From an uncultured Schleiferiaceae bacterium (GTDB lineage: Bacteria > Bacteroidota > Bacteroidia > Flavobacteriales > Schleiferiaceae), in contig CBFHNK010000002.1 of assembly GCA_965657195.1 (NCBI GenBank), forward strand, positions 3,911 through 67,910: 64,000 nt of DNA, written 5' to 3'. A model generated the notes under the pieces. That model worked only from the letters and a program-made list of their open reading frames with translations. It had not been told where the DNA came from and made no database searches. The stretch's first letter is position 1. Every line of letters starts with the position of its first letter. This document shows positions 28,234 through 37,500 of the stretch, piece by piece. Position numbers and translations under genes: made by a program.

Positions 28234-30159
28234 TTAGTGCTGTACCGTAAAGCGCAGGGTCTCAACACGGTCGCTCATCGCAACTTTTACAGTGTAGATT
28301 CCGTTGGCAAGGCCAGCGACATTGAGGTTCAGCTCGTTGGTTCCTGCGGCCACGGCCTCAGAAGCTGAAAGAACGAGTTGTCCGTTCAGGTTGAATACTT
28401 CAACACTTGCGTCTCCTGCCTCAACTGCGGCTACGAGTACCTTGACGGCATCGCGAGCTGGGTTGGGGTACAGGTGCGCGCGTCCAAGCTCAAGCTCTTC
28501 ACCGCCCATGGCGTTGGTTCCAACGTGGATGTTGTCCAACCAAAGGTTGTTTCCGTAGGCTGAGTTGCACTCAAACTTGAAGAGTACTTCCTGACCGGCG
28601 TACGAAGCAAGGCTGATTTCGTTCGGGTACCACTGCGTAGGCTGTGGGAAGAAACGGCTTGTAGCATTTGGTGCGGTAGCTAGTGCAGTTCCTGCTTTGC
28701 TAAAGATGCTGGTCCACGAAGCGCCACAGTTGGTTGAAACGTACACATTCAAACCGTCGGCCTCACCGGCGTAGGAAGCGTATGCGTGCTGGAAGCGAAG
28801 CTTGTGGTTGGCAGTGATTCCGCCCACCTTAGGAGTGATCAAGCTGGCTTTGTCACCGGCTGGCATTGTGTAGAAGTCAACCATCAACGACTTAGGTGAT
28901 TGGCCGTAGCCACCTAGTTCCCAAGTAAGACCGTTTACGTCAGCCTTCGATACCACAGTGACTAATGGAGCTTCAGAACCGACAAACGTCATGATTAAGT
29001 CGGTCGGAACTTCACCAAAATCTGCAGATTCCATGTCTTGCATGTACGGAGCAGGTGTGGGCGTGTTGTTCAGGACCGCAGCCATTACCGGAGCAGACAT
29101 GTTGTTCATTCCGTTGTAGTCGCCTGTTCCGTTTGGAGCAGATACCGTACCTACAATTGAGTTAGCACCTGCAGGAAGGGTCACTTGGGGGAAGCTCACG
29201 CTAGCCGTAGCGCCGGCAGCGAGGTTTCCAGTCCAGTTCTGGGTCACGGGGGTACCGCCGTTGATGCTGTAGCCCACTACTGCAGACGTAATCGCGAGGC
29301 TACCCTCGTTCTTGATCGTCATCGTAGGAGTAGTGCTTCCGTTGCAAAGGCCCGCTGTTGCAGCAGCAAATGAAACTACACCGAGGTCGGGGAGACCAGT
29401 GATCGCTTGTGGAGTCGTTTTGGCAGCATTCAGTACAGCCTTGCCCTGGTTGTCTTGAATGAAGGCTACAATAGAGACTTCGTTCAGGTTGGCCAAGTAG
29501 GCGGGTGCTGCAACTTTAAAGCTGAGCATTTGAGTCTGTCCACCAGTCCAAGTATCTGCAAGGGTGGTTCCGCTTTGGTTCGGAACCATTTTACGCATGA
29601 CCTGGTAGAAGCTGGTTTCGCCGTTTGAACCAGGAGCAGAAGGGTAGTTGATCTCCTCTTCAACAATTGCTACGTGGAGCTTAAGTGACCCTGCAGCACC
29701 TGAGGTGACCGTTGTTGATCCCGCATTGGCGATAAATACACCGATTTGAATGGAGTCGTAGCCGGGAGTCCACTGGTGGCTGGCCGTAATGTTCAATGGG
29801 GCGGCGGTGTTGTAGCGGTTGTCAATAGTAGACTGCGTTACAATCGTGCCGGGAGAACCAGGTCCGCTGCCGTCCATTACGGAGTTCGGAACACCAGTGA
29901 CACCGTAGTACTGCACGCGGGCATCAACCTCAGAAGGATTCTGAAGGTACATGGGGTCGTAGCCGGGCCAGCTCACTTGGTACTTCAGGGCCACCACTTT
30001 GGTTGGGTTGGCATCGAGAAGAGTTTTGAGGGCGGGATTCTGCGAGGCGCAGGGTCCACAAGATGCCTGAGTGAAGTGCTCTACCAAGACCAAGCGGTTT
30101 TGGCCAAAGGCACTAAGGCTTAAAAGTCCGGCAAGTGCCGTCAGCGTAAGGTGCTTCAT
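28234..30159 (-). CDS. T9SS-exported protein: Omp28-like thioredoxin-fold domain (CGPC) + choice-of-anchor-J/MAM-like domain + type-A T9SS C-terminal domain
   Basis: Signal peptide ...LSLSAFGQ. The N-terminal domain has LVLVEHFTQASCGPCAS. The C-terminal roughly 80 aa (LYPNPARDAVKV...GIYTVKVAMSDRVETLRFTVQH) match the Por secretion tail pattern. Confidence 0.8.
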   Translation of the reverse strand: MKHLTLTALAGLLSLSAFGQNRLVLVEHFTQASCGPCASQNPALKTLLDANPTKVVALKYQVSWPGYDPMYLQNPSEVDARVQYYGVTGVPNSVMDGSGPGSPGTIVTQSTIDNRYNTAAPLNITASHQWTPGYDSIQIGVFIANAGSTTVTSGAAGSLKLHVAIVEEEINYPSAPGSNGETSFYQVMRKMVPNQSGTTLADTWTGGQTQMLSFKVAAPAYLANLNEVSIVAFIQDNQGKAVLNAAKTTPQAITGLPDLGVVSFAAATAGLCNGSTTPTMTIKNEGSLAITSAVVGYSINGGTPVTQNWTGNLAAGATASVSFPQVTLPAGANSIVGTVSAPNGTGDYNGMNNMSAPVMAAVLNNTPTPAPYMQDMESADFGEVPTDLIMTFVGSEAPLVTVVSKADVNGLTWELGGYGQSPKSLMVDFYTMPAGDKASLITPKVGGITANHKLRFQHAYASYAGEADGLNVYVSTNCGASWTSIFSKAGTALATAPNATSRFFPQPTQWYPNEISLASYAGQEVLFKFECNSAYGNNLWLDNIHVGTNAMGGEELELGRAHLYPNPARDAVKVLVAAVEAGDASVEVFNLNGQLVLSASEAVAAGTNELNLNVAGLANGIYTVKVAMSDRVETLRFTVQH

Positions 30160-30250
30160 TTGAAAGGGCTTTAATAAAAGGGTTAAGCGGCCGAAAACTA
30201 CGCAAAAAATGAACGCGCTCGGCAGCTTTGTTGCGAAGTCTGTAGCGAAG

Positions 30251-30258
30251 TACCTTTA
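30251..30258 (+). promoter_or_regulatory. -7-like box TACCTTTA, 4 nt before the ATG at 30263
   Basis: TACCTTTA-CCCA-ATG. Confidence 0.4.
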
Positions 30259-30262
30259 CCCA

Positions 30263-30943
30263 ATGCAAAAAGTAGTACTTCTGTTCGCCCTTCTGGCCGC
30301 AACCGCCGCCGGAGCGCAAAGCTTGTCCGTCGCGTCGATGGATAGCATTGCCTACATCAATAGCCACAACGGCATCCAGGCTACGGCACACGTTTCGGTG
30401 ACCAACACTTCAAATGCCAGTAAGGATTACATCGTAGTCCGCCGCAAGGTCGGAACCACCGGATTGGTTGATTCCAACTACTTCTGCTGGGACTTGTGCT
30501 ACCCTGTGTGGGCCAACCAGAGCCAGGGTACGGTGACCATTGGGGCCGGCAGCACCGCAAACGACTTCAGTGGCTACGCCTACGTTCGCGACACCTCGGC
30601 CAACGGCCAAGACACCATTTGGTACACCTTTATCAACAATGCCGATGCCACAGATTCGCTTCAGGTCCAGGTGGTGTACGGCTTCAATCGCTACGTGGCT
30701 TCGCCCGAAGCAGAGGTTCAGGTACTGCAGCTTTACCCATCGCCTGCGCGCAGCGGATCGCTGATGTTTGGCCTCCCCTCTGACGCGGTTCGTGTCGAGT
30801 GGGTGGATGCGTTAGGTCGCGTTGCCATGACGGCACCTGTCGGCTCAGATGGTTCGGTGGCTGTCCCCAACCAGCGCGGATTGTGGCTCGCTCGTGTGGT
30901 TCTTACCCGCGGTGAGCGCACGGTGAAGGTGACCGTCAACTAA
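30263..30943 (+). CDS. small T9SS-exported protein of unknown function (type-A CTD)
   Basis: ORF trimmed to MQKVVLLFALLAATAAGAQ. The C-terminus LQLYPSPARSGSLMF...WLARVVLTRGERTVKVTVN is a T9SS tail pattern. Confidence 0.7.
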   Translation: MQKVVLLFALLAATAAGAQSLSVASMDSIAYINSHNGIQATAHVSVTNTSNASKDYIVVRRKVGTTGLVDSNYFCWDLCYPVWANQSQGTVTIGAGSTANDFSGYAYVRDTSANGQDTIWYTFINNADATDSLQVQVVYGFNRYVASPEAEVQVLQLYPSPARSGSLMFGLPSDAVRVEWVDALGRVAMTAPVGSDGSVAVPNQRGLWLARVVLTRGERTVKVTVN

Positions 30944-30979
30944 GCATACGAATTCGCCCATAAAGGCGTTAATAGGGGT

Positions 30980-31558
30980 ATGCTTCACCACCTACGCGGA
31001 ACCCTCGTTGCGAAAACCCCCACGCATGTCGTGGTGGAATGCGGCGGGTTGGGCTACCTCATCCAAATTTCGCTGACGACGTTCGGTGAGTTGCCCGATG
31101 GCGGAGAGGTCAAGCTACTGCTTCACCCAGTGTACCGAGAGGACGCGCAGCTCCTGTTTGGTTTTGCTTCGGAACTCGAGCGCGAAGTCTTTCTCATGCT
31201 CAATTCGGTTTCGGGCGTCGGAGCCAGTACCGCCCGCGTCATTTTGTCTACACTTCGCCCCGAAGAGGCGCTGAGCGTCGTGGCGAATGGGGATTCCGGA
31301 AGCCTTCAGCGCATCAAGGGTATCGGTGCCAAGACTGCGCAGCGCATTGTCGTGGATGTCCGCGACAAGGCCGTGAAGCTGGGTGCCTCGAGTCCCTTGG
31401 CGGCGGGCGGATCTTCGGCTCGAAGCGAAGCCCTCGAGGCCCTATTGGTACTCGGATTTGCCCGTCCCGCAGTTGAAAAGGCACTGTCGGCACTGTCGGC
31501 AGAGGCGGCAGATGCCAATGTTGAAGATTTGATCAAACGCGCCTTAGCTCGACTCTGA
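30980..31558 (+). CDS. ruvA: Holliday junction DNA helicase subunit RuvA
   Basis: Begins MLHHLRGTL...VVECGGLGY and contains the helix-hairpin-helix IKGIGAKTAQRI. Confidence 0.92.
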   Translation: MLHHLRGTLVAKTPTHVVVECGGLGYLIQISLTTFGELPDGGEVKLLLHPVYREDAQLLFGFASELEREVFLMLNSVSGVGASTARVILSTLRPEEALSVVANGDSGSLQRIKGIGAKTAQRIVVDVRDKAVKLGASSPLAAGGSSARSEALEALLVLGFARPAVEKALSALSAEAADANVEDLIKRALARL

Positions 31559-34500
31559 TGAACATTCGTGGGGTACTGGTTGGGCTAGGCTTGCTGGCGG
31601 TTTTGCGCCTTGGGGCACAAGACACGACAAGCACGGGCTGGCCGATGCCGGGACTGCCGACTCCCCCGAACTGGAAGACCGAGGTGACCTATGATCCCGT
31701 AACCGGATTTTACATCCTGCAGCGCACGGTGGCGGGGGTTCCTGTTGGTGCTCCGCGCTACCTTAGTGAGGCAGACTACCAAAAGTTTAAGTTCAGTCAG
31801 CTGGAATCAGACTATTGGCAGCAGCGGTGGGCCCAAGGAACGAGCACTTCAGACCGCGACGGCTCGAGCATCGTGCCGGACATGAACATCACCAATCCCG
31901 TCCTGCGGGACATTTTTGGTTCGGACCAACTCGAAATCCGCCCTACGGGTAGTGCGGAACTGCGCTTTGGGCTTCGCTACCAGCACATCAAAAACCCCAT
32001 TGTTCCGGAACGCAACCGGCGCACCTTGGCGTTTGACTTCGACCAAAAAATGCAGATTAGCGCGGCCGGCAAGCTGGGCGACCGCCTGAACCTCAACTTC
32101 AACTTTGATACCGAGGCCACCTTTGCCTTCGAAAACAAGGTCAAACTGGACTTCAAAGGACAAGAAGACGACATCCTCAAGGGCTTCGAAATGGGCGACG
32201 TCAGCCTTCCGACCAACGGGAGCCTGATTACCGGGGTTCAAAGTCTTTTTGGCCTCAAGACTCAGATGCAGTTTGGCAAGACGACCGTGACCACGGTCCT
32301 CGCCGAACAGCGCTCGCAGAGTCAGAGCATGAATATTCAGGGCGGAGCCTCTACGCAAGAGTTTCTGATTCAAGGAGATGCGTACGAGGCCAACCGCCAC
32401 TTTTTTCTGTCGCAGTTCTTTCGCGACCGCTACGAGCAGTGGGTCGGAACCCGCCCCATCATCCAATCCCCCGTGCAAATTACCCGTGTGGAGGTGTGGG
32501 TGACCAACCGCCGCAACACCCCGACCGAAGTTCGCAACCTTATCGCATTCTTGGACCTCGGGGAAGGGGAGGTGGGCGCCTACCGAAGTTCTTCCCGAAG
32601 CCTTCCGGGTGAAGCCATTTTCCCTGGCCCAAGTGCAGATCCGTGGCCCAGCAACCGAGTCAACCGTTTAGATCCGCAAGAACTGCTTCAACGATATGCC
32701 TCAATCCGAGATGCCGCCTCGGCGGGATCCATTCTCGACGCAAGCGGCTATGACGGCAACATTGAGTACGCCCAACTCACTAATGCCCGAATGCTGCAGC
32801 CGAACGAGTACAGCTTTAACCCCCAGCTCGGATACCTTTCGCTCAACACGGCCCTCAACCAAGACGAGGTCGTCGCGGTGGCCTACCAGTACACGGTTAA
32901 CGGTCGGACCTACCAGGTGGGTGAGTTTTCGAATGACGGAATCGTCGCTCCAAAGTCGCTCATTCTCAAGCTTCTCAAGCACCAAATTCTCAACGTCCGC
33001 AGCCCGGCCTGGGACCTCATGATGAAGAACGTGTACAACCTCAACGCGTTTCAACTGAGCCCCGAAGATTTTCGCCTTGAACTGCTGTACGTCAACGACG
33101 AGACCGGACTACCGATTCCGTTTTTACCCAAGTCAAGCGTCAAGGACCAGCTCCTGGTTCAAGTCCTGCAGACCGATAAGGTGAACAGCAACGGCGACCC
33201 TTTTCCCGACGGACTTTTTGATTTTGTCGAGGGTCTGACGGTGCTGACGTCCACGGGGCGCATCATCTTGCCTGCGCTTGAGCCGTTTGGATCGTCTCTT
33301 TCGAAGCAGCTTTCGACGGCAGACGAGCGCAAGCGCTATGTCTACCAAGAGCTCTACGACTCGACGCTGTTCCGCGCCCAGGAACAGACCCAGCGCAACA
33401 AGTTCATGCTCCGTGGCCGCTACAAGTCGGCGGGCGGATCAGTCATTCAGCTCAATTCATTCAACATTCCGCGCGGATCCATTTCGGTCACGGCCGGAGG
33501 CAATCGACTGACAGAAAATCAGGATTTCACTGTAGACTACGCCCTTGGTCAAGTTCGAATCATCAACGAAGCCATTGTGCAGAGTGGGGTTCCGATTCGC
33601 GTGAACTTCGAGAACAATTCGCTTTTCAATTTTCAGGCAAAAACATTTACCGGCCTCACTGTCAACCATCAGCTCCAGCCGAACTGGGTGGTCGGAGGCT
33701 CACTCCTACAGCTCCGCGAGGGGGCACTTACCCAAAAAGTGAGCGCGGGCGACGAGCCTGTCCGCAACGCCATTTGGGGACTCAATACGCAGTATGAGAA
33801 GAATTTACCGGGTTTGACGCGCGCACTCGACAAGCTCCCTTTTGTGTCGACGAAGGCGCCGTCAAGCATCATGCTCACGGCAGAAGTAGCGCAGCTCCTT
33901 CCCGGATCACCGCGGATTATCAACGTAAACGGCGAGCCGACCACCTACCTCGACGACTTCGAAAGCAGTCAAACGGCAATCGACCTTCGCGGAACCACCA
34001 CCTGGCAGCTCGCCTCTGTGCCCGACGGCCAGCCCGACCTCTTTCCTGAGGCTTCCATGGCCAACGACTGGGCTTCGAACTATAACCGGGCTCGCCTGGC
34101 TTGGTACATGATCGACAACTCGTTCTTTACCGGAACCAGCATCACTCCCCAAAACATTCGCGACAACCCCGCCATCACGAGCGACCACTACCAGCGCATG
34201 GTTCCGTTTGCTGAGGTGTTCCCCAACATCACCCTGGACCCGAGTCAGGCGCGCAACATCAACACCTTTGATTTGCAGTTTGACCCCACTGAGCGCGGTC
34301 CGTACAACTACGACGTTCAGGGACTGAACGGAATTTCTGCGGGTCTGAACCCCGATGGAAGCCTTAAAGATCCGCGCAGCCGTTGGGGCGGAATCATGCG
34401 CCAGCTCACCATCAACAACTTTGAGGAGCAAAACATCGAGTTCGTCCAGTTCTGGGTGATGGACCCCTTCTTGGACAACCCCAGTGCGCCGGGCGGCGAC

Positions 34501-37500
34501 GTCTACCTCCACCTTGGCAACGTGTCTGAGGACATCCTCAAGGACGGAATGCAATCGTTTGAACACGGCCTCCCCTCGGACGGTTCGCGAACGGATGTAG
34601 ACTCCTCGGTGTGGGGCTATGCCTCTCGCTACCAGCCTGTTGTGGACGCCTTTGACAACAGCGAGGCCTCGCGTCCCAACCAGGATGTAGGTCTCGACGG
34701 ACTCCGCGACGACGACGAGCGCCGCTGGCTTGGCCCCGGTTCCCAGACCTACCTCGACCGGCTTCAAGCGGCATTTGGCCCCGGAAGCCCTATCTACACT
34801 GCTGCTCAGCTTGACCCCGCAGCAGACAATTTTGTCTTTTACCGCGGGAGCAACCAGGACCAAGCAAACGCCAACATTCTTCAGAGGTACCGCTACTTCA
34901 ACAACCCCGACGGCAATTCTCGCACCGACCTCGTTGACGGCCAGCCCGCCATGAGCACCAACATGCCCGACAAAGAGGATGTCAACCGTGACGCCACCCT
35001 CAACCGAAGCGAGCAGTACTTCAGCTACCGAATTTCAATGCGCCCCGAGGACCTCGTCGTCGGCCAGAACTACATCGCAGATATCTACGAGACCACTACC
35101 GACTTGCTTCCTGACCAAACCCGCAAGCCCGTACGGTGGATTCAGTTCAAGATTCCGGTATTTGAACCGGACCAGAAAGTGAATGGCGCCCAGGACTTTA
35201 GGTCGGTGCGCTTCGCGCGTTGGATTTTGCGCGACTGGCAGCAGCCCGTGGTACTCCGCATGGCCCGATTGGACCTCGTGCGCGGAGAATGGCGGCGCTA
35301 CCGATTCAGCCTCGACGCGGCGCGCGAGATGATTCCCGTGGACGAATCCGACGAAACCTCGTTTGCCGTCAACGCCGTGAACCTTGAAGAGAACGGCGGC
35401 CGGGTTCCTGTGGCCTACGTCATGCCTCCGGGGATCCGCCGTCAAGTACTGCTCGGCAACACCTCAATCCTTCAGCAGAACGAGCAGTCGCTAAGCCTGC
35501 GCACCTGCGGGCTCCGCGACGGAGACGGACGCGCCGTCTTCAAGAACACCAGCGTCGACATGCGCATGAACAAACGCGTGAAAATGTTTGTGCACGCGGA
35601 AGCAGGCGACAACCCCAATGGGTTGAACGACGGCGACTTGCGTCTTTTTGTGCGCTTCGGAAACGACTACAGCCAGAACTACTACGAATACGAAATGCCC
35701 CTCACCGTGACCCCGTGGGCGAGCACTGCAGAAGATGTAGTATGGCCCGCGGCCAACGATGTTGACATCGAGTTTGCAATCTGGACGGCGCTCAAGCTTG
35801 AACGCGATGCCGCCATGCGCACCAATCCCAACATTACTCCCGCAATGCCCTACGAGCGGGTAGATGGCGACCGGGTATACCGTGTGGTGGGTACGCCCAA
35901 CCTCGGGTGGGTCCGCACGATGATGGTGGGTGTTCGCAACCCGCGCCGCTCCTCGACCAACCCGACGGACGACGGCTTAAACAAATGTGCGGAGGTATGG
36001 ATCAACGAACTCCGCATGACCGACTTTGACAACCGCGGTGGCGTGGCGGGCATTGCGCGCGGAACCGCCAAACTCGCCGACCTCGGCCAAGTGGCGCTGA
36101 GTGGCGGCTTCTCGACTCCTGGATTTGGGGGAATCGATATGGCGCCCAACGAGCGCAATAAGTTCAGTTCGGTCAACTACGACATGCAGACCAACGTGGA
36201 CCTGCACCGCTTTTTACCGGGGAACAGCCGACTCCGCCTCCCGATGTTCGTCACCCATGCTCAGGACTGGAAGACCCCCATGTTCAATCCCTACAGTCCC
36301 GACATCGAAATGGGCAAAGCGATTGACAACCTTCCGGGCGCTCAGGCCAAGGATTCGCTGCGTACCATGGTCAGCGACTTCATGCAGCGCCGCGCCGTCG
36401 CCTTCACCAATGTTCGACTTGACCGCGCGCCAAGTGGCGGATCCGCCGGGGGACGCGGCCCAGCGATCGGTCCGCCGGGAATGGGAGATTCCGAATCAAA
36501 GTCAGCAGCCCAAGGTCTCAATGCCGGCGAAGGCAGCGCCAAGCTCCCCAAAAGGCCGATGCCGTGGGACGTTGAAAACCTCAGCGCCACGTACGCCTTT
36601 AATGAAGTACTGCGCCGCGACGCCAACACGCTTCAGGACCTCAGGGTCGAGAACCGCGGAAGCCTTGCCTACGCCTACCAAACAAAGCCGATTAATATTC
36701 AGCCCTTTAAAAATCTAAAGCCCAAGAGCCTCGCCCTAATTCGCGACGCCAACCTCAACCTTACGCCTTCGCGCGTGAGCATCCGCGCTGACGTCCTTCG
36801 AAGCCAGCAGACCATGCAGATGCGCAATGTGGACAATCCAAAGTTCCAGCTGCCGATCACGTACAGCAAGAACTTCACGATGGACCGCAACTACAATGTC
36901 ATTTGGGATCCGACCAAAATGTGGAAGCTCGACTACACCTCGCGCATTCGACTGCGCTTTGACGAGCTCCCGGGCCCCAATTCCGAGGACAGTGTGCGGA
37001 ATTTCTTGAACGAAAACCTTCGCGAAGGTGGTCGCCCCATCGAATACCACCACACTATCAACACCACGTGGGCGATTCCGATTAATAAGCTCCCGCTGAT
37101 GGGATTTTTGCAAACTCAGGTTCGCTACACTGCGGACTTGGACTGGAAGACCAACTCGCTCTGGGCGAGCCGTCCGGGCTTGGATTCGCTGAATTTCGGA
37201 AACACGGTCGAGTCCAGTGGCAAGTGGAACGCCTCAGCCAACGCAAACATGGCGACGCTGTACAATCTGATTCCGGGGTACAGCAAGCTTAAAAAGCCCG
37301 CCCGTGGGGCGACGGCCCGAGGCGGAAAGGGTCCGGCTAAAGCCGCCGGGGCGAAGGCGAAGACCGATAAAGCCGATGAGCCGAAGTTGGCCAAGACAAT
37401 ATTGGTGGGCGCAGTGGATTTCGCGACCATGCTCAAGAGTGTCAATGCCACCGCGAGTCTCAATACGGGGTCGCTGTTGCCAGGGTTCTCGACCACTCCC

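Noticed and set aside
33541-33565. GGTCAAGTTCGAATCATC, resembling a tRNA T-arm (GTTCGAATC)
   Set aside because: It lies inside the sprA reading frame, with no acceptor, D or anticodon stems around it. It is a chance match.
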